Shown here one piece after another: positions 18,707-33,075 of a DNA stretch of 64,000 nucleotides. Both the position numbers and the translations under genes were made by a program. This DNA is from the human T2T-CHM13v2.0 reference genome, Homo sapiens, in assembly GCF_009914755.1 (NCBI RefSeq), contig NC_060947.1. One strand, written 5' to 3'. Positions within the stretch are counted from its first letter, which is position 1. The number at the start of each line of letters is the position of its first letter. The notes beneath the pieces are model-generated. The model saw only the letters and a program-made list of their open reading frames with translations, did no database searches and was not told where the DNA came from.

Positions 18707-19857
18707 ATTGAAAAAATAATTCTAAAATTCTTATGAAACCAAAAAAGAGCCCTCATAGCCAAAGCAAGACTAAACAAAAAGAACAAATCTAGAGGCATCA
18801 CATTACCTGAGTTCAAACTGTACTACCAGCCTATAGTTACTAAAGCAGCATGGCACTGGTATAATAGTAAGCAAGTAGATCAATGGAACAGAATAGAAAA
18901 CCAAAAAATAAAGCCAAATACCTCTAGCCAACGGATCTTCAACAAGACATACAAAAACAAAAAGTGGGGAAAGGACACCCTATGTAATAAATGGTGCTGG
19001 GATAATTGGCAAGCCACATGTAGAAAAATGAAACTGGATCCTTATCTCTCACCTTGTTAAAAAATCAACTCAAGATGGATCAAAGACTTAAATCTAAGAC
19101 CCCAAACCACAAAAATTCTAGAAGATAACACCAAAAAAGCTCTTCTGGACATTGTCTTAGGCAAAGAATTAATGACCAATAGCACAAAGGTACCTGCAAC
19201 AACAACAAAAAAGATAAATAGCTGGGACTTGATTAAACTAAAAAGGGTCTGCACAGCAAGAGAAATAATCAGCAAACAGACAACCAACAGAGTGGGATAA
19301 AATTTTCACAATCTGTGCATCCAACAAAGGACTAATATCCAGAATCTACAAGGAACTCAAACAAATCATCAAGAAAAAATTCAAATAATTCCATCACAAC
19401 TGAGCTAAGGACGTGAATAGACAGTTCTCAAAAGAAGATATACAAATGGCCAATGAATATATTAAAAAGTGCCCCAAATCACTAATTATCAGAGAAATAC
19501 AAATCAAAACCACAATGTGATACCACCTTACTCCTACAAGAAAGGCCATAACTAAAAAATCAAAAAATAATAAATGTTGGTGTGGATATGGTGAAAAGGG
19601 AACACTTTTACACTGCTGGTGGAAATGTAAACTAGTACAACCATTATGGAAAACAGTATGGAGACTCCTTAAAGAACTAAAAGTAGAGCTACGATTTGAT
19701 CCAGCAATCCCGCTGCTGGGTATCTACCCAGAGGAAAAGAAGTCACTATATGAAAAAGATACCTGCACATGCATGTTTATACCAGCACAATCCACAATTG
19801 CAAAAATATGGAACCAGTCTAAGTAACCATCAACCAATAAGTGAATAAAGAAAATGG

Positions 19858-19932
<75 letters not shown>

Positions 19933-20365
19933 ATGGTATAAAGGTGTGTGTATATATGTGTGGTATATATGTGTGTGTGTATATACATATCTCATGGAAT
20001 ACTACTCAGCCATAAAAAGGAACAAAATAATGGCATTCTCAGCTACCTGGGTGGAGTTGGAGACCACTATTCTATATGAAGTAACTCAAGAATAGAAAAC
20101 CAAACATCATATGTTCTCACTTGTAAGCCGGAGCTAAGCTGTGAGGACACAAAAGCATACGGATGATTGATATAATGAACTCTGGGGAATCAGAGAGATG
20201 GGGGGGGGTTGATGAGGGACAAAAGACCACACATTGGGTACAGTGTACACTTGTTCAGTTGATGGGTGCACCAGAATCTCAGATATCACCCCTAAATAAC
20301 TTATACATGTAACCAAACACCACTTGTTCCCCCAAAACTATTGAAATAATAATAATAAAATGGAA
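18707..20365 (+). mobile_element. L1PB-like element, non-inverted 3' segment and 3'UTR
   Basis: ORF2 from LEKIILKF onward; L1PB 3' end ATTGGGTACAGTGTACAC...GTAACCAAACACCACTTGTTCCCCCAAAACTATTGAAATAA. Confidence 0.87.
19860..19990. repeat. Compound (TA)n(TG)n microsatellite inside L1PB
   Basis: About 16 TA followed by about 19 TG and a degenerate continuation. Confidence 0.95.
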
Positions 20366-23250
20366 ATAAAAATAAACATAATTAAAAATGACAAATGAGA
20401 TATTACCACTGATGTCACAGATATACAAATAACCATCAGAAAATATTATGAACACATCTATGCACACAAACTAGAAAATTTAGAGGAAATGGATAAATTC
20501 CTGGACACATACATCCTCCCAAGACTGAACCAGGAAGAAATTGAATCCCCAAACAGACCAATAACGAGTTCTGAAATTGAGGCAGTAATAAATAGCTTAG
20601 CAACAACAAGAAAAAAGCCCAGGATCAGATGGATTCACACCCTAATTTTACCAGATGTACAAAGAAGAGCAGGTACCACTCCTATTGAAACTATTCCAAA
20701 AAATTGAGGAAGAGGGACTCATTCTATGAGGCTAGCATCATCCTGATACCAAAACTTGGCAGAGATACAACAAAACCAGAAAACTTCAGGCCTATATCCT
20801 TGAACATCAATGGAAAAATCCTCAACAAAATACTAGCAAGCCTAATTGAGCAGCACATCAAAGCCTACTTGTCCATCACGATCAAGTACGCTTTATCCCT
20901 GGGATGCAAGATTGGTTCAACATACACAAATCAATAAGTGTGATTAATCACTTAAATAGAACTAAGAACAAAAAAAAAACACATGATTGTCTCAATAGAT
21001 GCAGAAAGGCTTTTGATAAAATTCAACACCCTTTCATATTAAAAACTCTCAATAAACTAGCTATTGAAAGAATATACCTCAAAATAATAAGAGCCATATG
21101 TAACAAACCCATAGTTGACCTGATACTGAATGGGCAAAAGCTGGAAGTGTTCCCCTTGAAAAATCAGACAAGGATGCCCTCTCTCACCACTCCTATTCAA
21201 CGTAGTATCAGAAGTCCTGGCCAGAGCAATAAGGCAAGAGAAGAAATAAAGGAGATTCAAATAGTAAGAGAGGAAGTCAAACTATCCCTGTTTGCACACG
21301 ACATGATCCTATATCTATAAAGTTCCATAGTCTCAGCCAAAAAGCTCATTAAGCTGATAAACAACTTCAGCAAAGTCTAGGATACAAAATCAATGTACAA
21401 AAGTCGTTAGCATTCCTATACACCAAAAACGGTCAAGCTGAGAGCCAAATCAGGAATGAACTCCCATTTACAATTGCCACAAAAAGAATACGTAGGAATA
21501 CAGCTAAGGAGGGAGGTGAAAGATTTCTACAATGAGAACTACAAAACACTGTTCAAAGAAATCAGAGATGACACAAAGAAGTGGAAAAACATTCCATGCT
21601 CATGGATATGAAAAATAAATATTGTTAAAATGGCCATACTTCCCAAAACAATTTATAGGTTCAATGCTATTTCTATCAACCTAGCAATTACTTTCCTCAC
21701 AGAACTAGAAAAAAATATTTTAAAATTCAAATGGAACAAAAAATGAGCCCGAATAGCCACAACAATCCTAAGCAGAAAGAACAAAGCTGGAGCTATCACA
21801 TTACCCAACTTCAAACTATATTACAGGGCTACAGTAACCGAAACAGCATACTACTTGTACAAAAACAGACTTATAGACCAATAGAACAGAATAGAGAGCC
21901 CATAAATAAGGCCATACACCTATAACCATCCGATCTTTGACAAAGATGACAAAAACAAGCAATGGGAAAAAGACTCCCTATTCAATAAATGGTGCTGGGT
22001 TAAGTGGCTAGCCACATGCAGAAGACTAACTGGATCCCACTCTTACACCATACACAAAAATAAACTCAAGATGGAGTAAAGACTTAAATGTAAAACCCAA
22101 AAGTATAAAAACCCTGGAAGACAGCCTAGGCAATACCATTTTGGACATAGGAATGGGCAAATATTTCATGACAAAGATGCCAGAACCAACTGCAACAAAA
22201 GCAAAAATTGACAAATAGGATGTAATTAAACTAAAGAGTTTCTGCACAGCAAAAGAAACTATCAACAAAGTAAGCAGATGACCTATAGAATGGGTAAAAA
22301 TATTTGTAAGCTGCATCTGACAAAGGTCTAATATCCAGCATCTATAAGGAACTTTAACAAATTTACAAGAAAAAAAAACAAGCAATCCCATTAAAAAGTG
22401 GGCAAAAGACAAGAAAAGACACTTTTCAAAAGAAAACATACATGCAGCCAACAAAAATATGCAAAAAAGCTCAACATCATTGATCATTAGAGAAATGCAA
22501 ATTAAAACCACAATGAGATACTATCTCACACCACTCAGAATGTCTATTATTAAAAAGTCAAAAAGTAACAGATGCTGGTGAGGTTGTGGAGAAAAAGGAA
22601 TGCTTATACACTGTTGGTTGGAGGTAAATTAATTCAACAATTGTGGAAAGTAGTGTTGTGATTCCTCAAATAGCTGAAAACAGAACTACCATTAGATTCA
22701 GCAATCCCATTACTTGGTGTATACTTAAAGGAATATAAATTGTTCTATCATAAAGACATATGCACATGTATGTTCATTGTAGCACTATTCACAATGGCAA
22801 AGACATGAAATCAACCTAAATGCCCATCAATGGTAGACTGCATGAAGAAAATGTGATACATGTAAAGCATGGAATACTATGCAGCTATAAAAAATAACAA
22901 GATTATCATCCAGGAATATGGATAGAGCTGGAGGTCATTATCCTTAGCAAACTAATGAAGAACAACAACAACAAAAAAACAAATACCACATGTTCTCACT
23001 TATGAGTGGGAGCTAAATGATGAGAACATATGGACATGTAGAGGGGAACAATAGATACTGGGGCCTACTTAAGAGTGGAGGTTGGGACAAGGGAGAGGAT
23101 CAGAAAAAATAACTAACGGGTACTAGGCTTAATACCTGGGTGACAAAATAATCTGTACAACAAACCCCCATGAGACGAGTTTTCCTCTATAACAAACCTG
23201 CACATGTACCTGTGAACTTAAAATAAAAGTTTAAACTATAAGAAAAGTAA
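20366..23250 (+). mobile_element. L1PA13-16-like element, 3' part (continuation of 12636-15306)
   Basis: ORF2 resumes at IKNDK.DITTD; 3'UTR GGATCAGAAAAAATAACTAACGGGTACTAGGCTTAATACCTGGGTGAC; possible TSD AAAAATATT(T)AG at ~12625 and ~23252. Confidence 0.88.
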
Positions 23251-24483
23251 CAAAAATATTTAGTTGTCCAGAAACACTAAAGGAATCTCAGTAATTGAAC
23301 AGGAATATTTTTTCTGCGACATTTTATTTTGCCTTTCTCAGATCAACAGTGATATATGGAAAATATTAGTTTACTTGGTTTAAACTAATATTTAAATCTA
23401 AGATGATTCAAAGCAATCTATGTACCGATGAAAAGCAAACAGTATGTCTTACAATCTTAGGCTAATGTCCACAGCAGGAAAGAACAATTAGTAAAATCAT
23501 GAATTATCCCTCTGTTTTTACTTTCACTTAAAAGTCTGTCTTTTGGTTTGTATACAGCCATGTTTCATGGCTTGAGAAAATCAGGAATTTCCATATAAAT
23601 GTGTTAACTGAGTTTGGATTCCAGTGTAAAATGCAAAACCTGTGTAAGTCAAACATTGATTTGGATAAATGAAATGCAAATGCGCTTAAAACAATAGTAG
23701 TCTTTAATGAAGAAACAATATATGAGACAAAAAGAAAGAAGTTAGCTCTTTTGTTAGAGGTCTAGACAAAGGATCATTTGTGAATTTGATATTTTTCTTC
23801 CAGTTATTAACATTATCTGGTATAAGCATGGGACATACAACAGAAATTATATAAATGCTTGAACACATGAATTAATGCATTAATGAACAAATACTCTCAT
23901 GAGTTTTATTTTACTGTGCGAATAAATTTTCATAAAATATCATGTGTGTCATATCTGGATGATCTGATCACTAAAAAGGTTACCTGTAGAGTCAAGAAAA
24001 TCTTGCATAACTGGTAATTTAAAAGTAAGAAATACTAATAGAATAATATGGTCATAAGCCATAAATGTCAGCCACTGATTACAAGAGAGCACATATGAGA
24101 ACCGGCATAAATCAGGGTAAACTTATTCTCATTCCTGTATTGTGATCACAAGGCAAAAGTCTGCTTTAGGCGCCCTAGTGATCTAGTTAGAACTAAATAT
24201 TTCTTTTATTGTTGGTTGTTTACTTTTTGAATCTCATAAGATTGAATCCATGGGAATATTAAAACTTAACTGTGAATATTTATTTTTATAATAGCATCAA
24301 CACTCTAAGAACTGTACTTTCTTGTATCGTTATTTCAATTATGTTATTGAAGTACGGTTAATGAATACATAATTGCAATCTGCAATATCATTCTAATGTT
24401 TTCATGTTTAGAAAATCTCTCCTTTTCTGTTTCTGTTCAAATTATGATAAGAAAATCTAGCTTTCTTTTCCTATTCACATAAG

Positions 24484-24569
24484 TGTAAATACCCTCAACC
24501 TGAAAAGAGAAGATATAAAGTCTCTCTCACATTCAGGAACTTTGTCCTTGCTAAATACTCCTGAATCGA
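24484..24569 (+). pseudogene. Candidate 86-bp exon
   Basis: CTTTCTTTTCCTATTCACATAAG acceptor, GA|GTAGGT donor; open in phase 2 to 1 (VNTLNLKREDIKSLSHSGTLSLLNTPES); phase 0 reads CKYPQPEKRRYK. Confidence 0.3.
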
Positions 24570-25214
24570 GTAGGTCATTAGAAAAGACATTACTCTTTTT
24601 CTAGTTTCTAAAAAATGGGGACAAAACTTACCCACCTTGTGGGAACTATATATAGCAACAAATCATTCACTATATGAGGCTATAGCTAGCATTCTTTAGT
24701 TTACAAAATGAAGAGTAAAGCCCTTGTAAGTATTTCTGCATACTCTGCTCAAAAGAGCATTGTATTAAGTGAACAAATCCTCTCTCATGTGTTTATGAGC
24801 ATTAATGTCTAGATTGCAGGAATGATTTAAAGAGAATGCCAAGTTAAAGAAATTGTTCTACTAATGACAACGTCTAGTAGTGCCATGGCAGACTGACAGG
24901 AGATATAATTCAATACATAATTTGTTTGCCCCTGAAATCATATCACTCACACTGCTTTTGAAGTTATCACTGTGGCCACAATTTCCTGAATTCTTCACTA
25001 AGACATTAAAAAGCAAGAAAGGAAAATTATCAACCAATTATCTTATATCTTCTTTCCTTCAATTATCTTATATCTTCTTTCCTTCTCCTTCAAACCCTCT
25101 GGAACTTTTACTGGGAGAAAAAGGCAGTATTCATGTGGATATTTACCTAAAGAGGATATACGCATGTATGTGGGGAATGTCTGTAAAGTGTTTAACCATA
25201 ACATTCATTTACAT

Positions 25215-25440
25215 AGACATTTATTTAAAAATGTTTATTGAGTATCTACTAGATGTTAGACACTCTATTTGATACTGGAGATGTAATGTCAAATAACACA
25301 AACAGTTTTGCCTATCATAGTGCTTCTAGTCTAGTAAAAAAGATGATTATACATGAAATATTCATACAAATAAATGTGAAGTTGTTACTGTGAGAAGTGT
25401 TTAGAAGGAAGACAATGTGGTGCTTAGAGAGTTCAAATAG
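25215..25440 (-). mobile_element. L2 3' fragment
   Basis: ATGTTTATTGAGTATCTACTAGATGTTAGACACT...CTTCTAGTCTAGT. Confidence 0.6.
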
Positions 25441-26718
25441 TATGAATACTAGACCAGAGGCAAAGGAAAGTGCTTTCCTTTATTCTATACTTCAAATGTC
25501 CTACCATTCTTTCATCTTTCCTTCTGTTCTCTATGCTTCTTTGACAGACTGTCTTAACTTAGGGCTCATATAGGCACGTCTTATGCAATAATAAATACAT
25601 AAATACATGGATCAACAATTTAAAAAATAATTAAAATACAACTTTTAACCACTACCTTGTGTTAAACTACTGTTAATATATTGCCTAGATTGTATGACAT
25701 CATAGATAGATAACATGAATCCTAAAAGTCCTACTTACAAAGAAAACAAAAACAAACAAATAGAAACCTGGTTACAGGGTTATTAGCTGGTTTGGGAGCC
25801 ATAAGATTAGATTAGTTTTGTACCTCTATAAGATGGGCATCTATATTAAAAAGAAAAGCCAAGAGAAAGAATGTTATATTTTGACTAAAGTCCTAAAATT
25901 TCTTAATTTTTATTCTGATTTTTCTTGCCATGTTAGTTAATATTATGATGCCCTCAAATTTTCTAGAATTATTTTTAAAATATGTTTTTATAAACAAATA
26001 TCCACGCCATGAGAAAAAGCCACTAGATGAAATTCTCCATTTTTAAAAGTAGATGGTGATGGCAGTGATTAACTTTTATATCATTGTTCATGTTTTCCAA
26101 GTCTTTGAGCAGGAGCCTCTTCTGTGAAAACTCAAAATAATAAAACCTGTAGTTAAGGACCCAGGGCCAAATTATTTACTGGACTGTACAAGTAGTATCA
26201 GATTATGCTTATTTTCATAAAATTTTAAGTGATTTGCATTATACTAAAGGCATTTTAAAACAAGACTCCATCAAGTAAAAAATAGGAAAATATGAAACTG
26301 TAGATATTGAAGGATCAGTACTATCCTTTTTTCTAATGTATACATAAATTATAGAAATACATTTACCAAAATATGGACTGCATTTTTCTTTATGGGTGAG
26401 ACTACAGGTCTTTTTTTCCCCATTATTGAAATTTTTCCATGGTTTTCTTTTTTTTATGATATTAAATGTTTTATTTTCTAATATACATTTTTAAGTTGTT
26501 GATTAATATTGACAGATTTTCAAAGCCATTATAGTTTTGAAGTTTTTCCCCTTCTACCCATATACAACTTTCCAAATTAGGAGATATAACTTTTAGAGGA
26601 AAGCATTTCAAACACTTAAACACACACGTTAAAAAAAAATTGTAAGGTTTTAAGTGTAAACATGCATTTGATCTATATGTCCTATGTTTTCACAATCTTT
26701 TAAATTGCCTCCAGAAGT

Positions 26719-27210
26719 CTTTTTTTTTAATTATTATTATACTTTAAGTTCTAGGGTACATGTGTGCAACGTGCAGGTTTGTTACATATGTATACATGTG
26801 CCATGTTGGTTTGCTCCACCCATTAACTCGTCATTTACATTAGGTATATCTCCTAATGCTATCCCTCCCCCCTCCCCCATCCCCACGACAGGCCCTGGTG
26901 TGTGATGTTCCCCACCCTGTGTCCAAGTGTTCTCGTTGTTCAATTCCCACCTATGAGTGAGAACATGCGGTGTTTGGTTTTTCTGTCCTTGTGATAGTTT
27001 GCTCAGAATGATGGTTTCCAGCTTCATCAATGTCCCTACAAAGGACATGAACTCATCCTTTTTTATGGCTGCATAGTATTCCATGGTGTATATGTGCCAC
27101 ATTTTCTTAATCCATTCTATCATTGATAGGCATTTGGGTTGGTTCCAAGTCTTTGCTACTGTGAATAGTGCCGCAATAAACATACGTGTGCATGTTTCTT
27201 TATAGCAGCA
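26719..27210 (-). mobile_element. 5'-truncated L1PA (PA5-7-like) 3' end
   Basis: TTATACTTTAAGTTCTAGGGTAC...; ORF2 C-terminus [17 protein letters not shown] on the minus strand. Confidence 0.93.
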
Positions 27211-27279
27211 ATAAAAAGACCAAATACCTAAGCATATACTTAATAATAAAAGTATAAGACCTGTATGGATAAAACTTTT

Positions 27280-27571
<292 letters not shown>

Positions 27572-28039
27572 GGATAAAACTTTTAAACACCAGAAATCTA
27601 AGAGAATAACTTAACAGATGGGGAAAGACATACCATTTTCATGGACAATCAAAATCAAAATCAAATAGTGTAAATTTTCTCTCAACTAATAACATTCCCA
27701 TGATTGCAATAAAAATATAATAGATTTGTAATATTTGTTTTAGCTAGATGAACTGATTGTAAATTTCATATGAAAATAAATAGAGAATGAAACTGAAAAA
27801 GACAATGAGAAGATACTAGTCTTATCAGATATTAAAATATAAGACTTTAATAACAAAACCTATATGGTACAGAGGCATTAATAAACAATCCAACAAAGCA
27901 AAAATGAATCTAGGCATTGACTAGACATCAGAATTTAGTACACTGTAAGTGTGAAGGAGAGTTGGAATAATTATCTAGTGTTGTGACAACCAGGAAGCAA
28001 TTTAGAAAAAATTAATATTGGATCTATGCCTTACAGAAA

Positions 28040-28219
28040 TGATTTTCAGTGTGGTTCAGACCAGTGCATCAGCATCAACCATGGAACTTGTTAGTAGTGA
28101 AATTTGTTGGGCCCCTCTCCAGACTTAGTGAATTAGAACCTCTAGGGCACACCCCAGCAATCTGTTTTAAAAAGTTCTCTAGGTGATTTGAATGCATGCT
28201 CAAGTTTTAGACTGCCTGC
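28040..28219. mobile_element. MER5A (hAT-Charlie)
   Basis: CAGCATCAACCATGGAACTTGTTAG...CCCAGCAATCTGTTTTAAAAAGTTCTCTAGGTGATT...CAAGTTTTAGA. Confidence 0.78.
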
Positions 28220-28489
28220 CTTACTCTATACACCAGAGTAATTCAAAATAAATCAAATATTTACCTATAAAGAATTGAAACCATATAACTACTAGAAGAA
28301 AATAGGAGAGAAATCTTTTATAACATTGGAGTAGGAAAGTTCTTTCCAACTATGACTCAAAATACAGCAACCATAAAAATTACTAATAAAATTTTACCAC
28401 ATTGGAAACAAAACAAAACACTTCTAAATTGACAAATCACCCTGAGAAAAGACATGAGGAAACTGTAATAAAACATTTGCAACTCATAT

Positions 28490-28965
28490 TTTATTAACCA
28501 GAATCCCAGGAAGAAACAGATGGCACAGGAAATCAGATTAATTAAAGGACAGTTTAATAAAGGGACTATTTGGAAAGGTGTGGACAGATTAAATAAAGGA
28601 ACCACAATAATGTAATACCCCAGAGCTGGAAATATTAAGGCTTTTGACGCCCCTTGGCTTAAAAAAAATGAGGAGAGGGAATGGTTACTGGAACCTGGGA
28701 GGAAAGAATTTTATGGAGAAGACCACTTTAGTCAAGGGGGGCAGTCATTGCAAGGCAACCTGGTAAAGAAGGAGCTGGAGGAATAAATACTTCAATCTTA
28801 CTCTCCTCCCTCCCTCTTATCTCCTGATATTACTTCCTATTGACCAAACTCAATCAGAAGCCAGAGGCCAAGGAAGCCCATTGATAATTATATGGGTCAG
28901 CATTCTGAGGGCAGAGAGCAAAGATGGAGATTACATCTAAAGCACCAAACAAAAGATATCCAGGA
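28490..28965 (-). mobile_element. MaLR solo LTR (MLT1-like)
   Basis: CCCAGGAAGAAACAGATGGCACA...TTTAATAAAGGGACTATTT...CCTATTGACCAAACTCAATCAGAAGCCAGAGGCCAAGGAAGCCCATTGA. Confidence 0.7.
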
Positions 28966-29814
28966 TAAATATTACAAAGGGCTAATTTTCCTTAATATAT
29001 AAAGATATCTTCAAAATCTTGAAGTAAAGGATCAACAACTTATTTTTTAAAATGGGCAAATTAGATGAACAGTTACTGAAAAGGAAACTCAAATGGATCT
29101 TATACATATAAAAAGACTTCACTCATAATAAGAGAAATGTGACTATAATCACACTGAGGTACCATTTTTGTCTACCATTTTGGTAAAGATATGAAAGCGT
29201 GATAATATATTCTATTGGCAAGACTGCGAGGAAAATGGCTGGTGAAAAAGCAGTATGGCAATTACAAATGCATATATCATTTGACTCAGCTATATCACTT
29301 CTGGTAGTCTATCCTATAGAATATATTTCCACAGGTACAAACTGATGAATTCACACAACTTTTATTGCAGTATAAATTGCAGTAGAAAAGAACTGGAAAC
29401 CAGACAAATGCCTACTAAGAGAGCCTGGTTAAATAAATCTATCGTACATCTATACAATGGAATGCTATGGAACTTTACAAAAGAAGAATAGTTATCTCTG
29501 TACTGATCTGAATAGCTCTCCAAGATATGCTAAGTGAACAAAACAATGCACAAGAGTGTGTATAATATGTTTGCTTTTCTGTATGAAAAGAGAGGAAATT
29601 AGAATATATGTACATATTTGTTTACATTTATATAAATAAATTCTACACAAGCAACCATAAAATTGATTGCTGTTTAGGGGGTCAGAGGTTGGGAACTGAG
29701 TGGTTGGAGAAGATAAGTCGGAAAAAATTTTTCTCTATTTAAATTAGTACTCATTCAGAAATTTTTCAGTGTTTTGCTTTTAATAATGGAATAAATAAAA
29801 GTATGTTTTAAAAG

Positions 29815-30360
29815 CAATCTGGCAGACACCACCTTAACTATGTAAACCAAGGTTAACATTACTAGTAATAAGATATATCAACATCATGTAATCCCTAATA
29901 AGATGCACTATGAAGGGCAGGTCACTTCTGTGGTTTTCTTGCCAAAAATGAGTGGCCTCAATGTAATCATGAGAAAGCATCAAACTCATTGAAGGGACAT
30001 TCTACAAAATAACTGACTAGCATTATTCAAGTGTGTCAAGGTCATATAAAACAAAGACTGGGTGTCTCTAAACAGAGTTGAAGAGACTAAGGAGAGAGAA
30101 GTACAATGTGGGATTCTGAATTAGATCCTAGACCAGGAAAATTATATTAGTGGGAAAACTGTTGAAATTCACATAAGATCTAGAGTTTAGTTAATATTGT
30201 TCCTTTGCTATTTTCCTGATTTTGATAATGTACTATGGTTACATAAGGTATGAGAACTAGGAGAAGCTGAGTCAAAGTAATATGAGAACTCACTGTACTA
30301 TTTTTGCAACTTTTTTGTAAGTCAAATTATATCAAACTTAAAAAGTTATTTTAAAATAAA
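29815..30360 (+). mobile_element. L1MC-like 3'UTR fragment
   Basis: CTGGCAGACACCACCTTAAC...GGGACATTCTACAAAATAACTGAC...TGTACTATTTTTGCAACTTTTTTGTAAGTC. Confidence 0.75.
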
Positions 30361-30684
30361 CATTTGTTGCGAACCTCTCAGGTCCCCAGTCCTTTGCTGG
30401 GATGTGTGGGAATACAGACAAACATCATTATTCTTGATATTCGGGATATGACAAAAATCCATGAAACAATGGACAAGTCTAGGTCAAGTTCTTCTGTCAT
30501 ACACTCTTGTAGGAAGATGTTTCTCTCTTTTGTAACACATCTCACTGTGCAACTATATACCCAATTTGGGTGGTTATTTTTTAAATGTTTGCTTTCCTTC
30601 TAGACTCTAAGTGTAATAGGAGCAGGAAAAATATTCTGTACATATTGTACATGATTTATGTCATAAAGTATAGATAGGACATTT

Positions 30685-30985
30685 ATGTGGAAGAGCAATT
30701 ATACTAATTTTGCACAGTTCCAAAAGGCAGAACCAAAACTAATGGTGGAGATTACAGGGTGGGGGAAATTTCAGCTCAATGTAATGCATTTAGTTTCTAA
30801 CAATTGGGTCAATAAATAATTAAATGGATTGTTCCAGTGAGGTGGTTCACACCTAAAAAAAATCCTTCAAAATTGGAAGCATTCCAGAAGACTAAGATGA
30901 GATAGAAGAAGCATCTTCAGATGGGAAAGCAGACTAGAGGTCAGCTAAGATTATATGATATTCCAGTGTAAGATTCTGTATCCTT
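30685..30985 (+). mobile_element. CR1/L3 3' end
   Basis: GGCAGAACCAAAACTAATGGTGGAGATTACAG...TTTCAGCTCAAT...TTTCTAACAATT...GTGAGGTGGT. Confidence 0.7.
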
Positions 30986-31360
30986 TTCAGCATATCATAT
31001 TTTAGATTTCCTTAAGCTTCCTTCATATTTGAAGAATCAAAGGAGGTTTTTTGGCCATCCTTTAACTCTGTGATCTCAGTATGTCATATGTCAAGGTTAC
31101 CCTTTGAAGCCCATTTTCTAATAAATAACATTTAGCTCACAGAAGATTATCTGTTTCAGTTCTGCCTCTCATTCAGCCTTGGCAGATCCCTATGTAGATT
31201 ATCCTCATCAATTTGACAGTTCATTCCCAAGAATGCCAACAGCAAATATTAGTCTAGAAGAAATTCTGGAGACCATCTATTTAATGACAGATGCTCTCTC
31301 TAGCTCCATGCTGACATAAATTTTAAAGGTCCTTTGGTATGGAAACCTGTCAAAGATTTT

Positions 31361-31499
31361 GTTTTTGTTTTTGTTTTTGTTTTAGAAACAGTCTCCCTAT
31401 GTTTCCCAGGCAGGTCTTGAACTCTTGGGCCCAACTGATCCTCCTGCCTTAGCCTTCCAAGTAGCTGGAATTCTAGTAGTGCAACACAAGTGCCTGGCT
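31361..31499 (-). mobile_element. FLAM (Alu left monomer) with (GTTTTT)n tail
   Basis: CTATGTTTCCCAGGCAGGTCTTGAACTCTTGGGCCCAA...CCAAGTAGCTGGAATT; flanked by TGTCAAAGATTTT and TGTCAAAAGTTTT. Confidence 0.82.
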
Positions 31500-31561
31500 T
31501 TTGTCAAAAGTTTTTGAAGGTCTAAATGAGTTATAACCACTTCAGCCCACACAAAATGCTC

Positions 31562-31618
31562 AAAAAAAAAAAAACAAAAACAAACAAACAAACAAACAAA
31601 AAAAAACAAAAAAACAAA
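31562..31618. repeat. A-rich (AAAC)n simple repeat
   Basis: AAAAAAAAAAAACAAAAACAAACAAACAAACAAAC... Confidence 0.9.
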
Positions 31619-31942
31619 CCTCTAGCTGATTTAGTCAGTCGTAATTTTTCTTTACAGAAATCATGATTATTTTTACCTTTTAGGTTATGTTTTCTTAAGC
31701 ATTTGATGATCTTTGTTAATCTACCACCTCACTCACCATGAAAGAACAAGAATTATTGGTCTATAGTTCTCATTATTCTATCTTTATGGAATGTAGTTAA
31801 CATGGTGATCATTTGTAACAAAATGCAACACTTCTTGGTCATTTGTCCCACATTTCAACTTTTACTTCCAGACTCTTCAGGAGATGCTCTCTGGCCATTA
31901 TGATTCTCCTATACTTAGTAAATTGATTAACTCTTGACCAAT

Positions 31943-32158
31943 GATTTCAAATGGAACTTTCCGTGATGATGTAAATGTTCTATAAATCTGTGCTGTACAG
32001 GATGTTACCCACTAGGCACATGTGGCTATTGTGGACTTGAAATGTGGCAAGTATAACTAAGGAACAGATTTTTAGAATTTTCATTTTATTTTGTTAAATT
32101 CAAATTTGTATGTAAATAGCCACATGTGGCTAGTGGCTACTATATTGGACAGAACAGA
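31943..32158. mobile_element. MER3 (hAT-Charlie)
   Basis: GAACTTTCCGTGATGATGTAAATGTTCTATA...AAATAGCCACATGTGGCTAGTGGCTACTATATTGGACAG. Confidence 0.82.
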
Positions 32159-32594
32159 TATAGACCATTCTACACATTTAAAATAATTTACACAATACCT
32201 CTGACATTTGATTTACTAAACCTTTTGAGACAAGTGCTATTCTTAATATTTTTCTCAGTAAAAACCAATGAAAATAATTCATGTAGTCTGTTATCTAATT
32301 TAAAAAAAATATCAGAATAGTTTTTGTTTCTGTTTCCTCATTTTCCACTTTGGGTTAGAGTGTACTAAGCTCCGAGTTTGGAAGCATGTGATCAGCATCT
32401 GAGAAATCGTTCAGTGATCTTGATCTTTTCACTTACTTGATTTATTTAATCAGAACCTATTGAATCACAGTAATCGAGTAGTTCTAATGTTTTCTTTTTC
32501 TTTTCCCAATCAACTGTCCATTCAATATTCATTAGCCTTTACTGTGAGCTAGGTACTCTGGGATGCAATAGGAATAAGGTAATGGAGTAGAGAA

Positions 32595-33075
32595 GAACTA
32601 ACATATATTGAGCATCTACCATATGCCATATTTTCCTATATATAGGATATCTATAAAATAGGACTTCTGTTTTAATTTTCAACACTGCCCTGCATAGTCT
32701 TACTACCTCTATTTTTACAAACAAGGAAATCAAGGGCAAGAAACGTTAAGAGACTGCACAGGGCCATGGGACTAAGCAACAGAACCAGGATTCAAAACCA
32801 GGTCTTTGAACTAGAAGTTCAATCTTCTTTCTACTAAACCACAGCTGACTCCTGAATAATTAAAAAAAAAACACACACACACAATAATACCTAGCATAGT
32901 TTGAGTATTCATGTGCCAGGATGTATGCTGGGTACTTTATATACATTACCATTTAATCCTCACAATATCCTCAAAACTCATTTAATCCTCACAACATCCT
33001 CAAAACTCATAGGAATGAGTTTTACAGATAAGAAACTATAAAACACAGGTTAAATAACTTTAAGTTAGCAGGGTC
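32595..33075 (-). mobile_element. Two MIR elements
   Basis: CTAACATATATTGAGCATCTACCATATGCCA...ATTTTTACAAACAAGGAAATCAAGG; TTTAATCCTCACAA...TTTTACAGATAAGAAACT. Confidence 0.7.

Larger units (their letters stand above)
31275..31700 (-). mobile_element. CR1/L3 reverse-transcriptase fragment split by an Alu monomer
   Basis: Minus strand reads HLDLQK.FD/RFPYQR...HGARE, resembling CR1 YLDFQKAFDKVPHQRL...HGIRG. Confidence 0.55.

Noticed and set aside
24168-24182. GGCGCCCTAGTG as a CTCF site
   Set aside because: Core is two bases shorter than the CCACYAGRKGGCRC spacing; not supportable without a PWM score or ChIP data
24880-25272. 130-aa ORF MPWQTDRR...
   Set aside because: GTG start, includes a local duplication (CAATTATCTTATATCTTCTTTCCTTC twice) and ends in an L2; no recognisable domain
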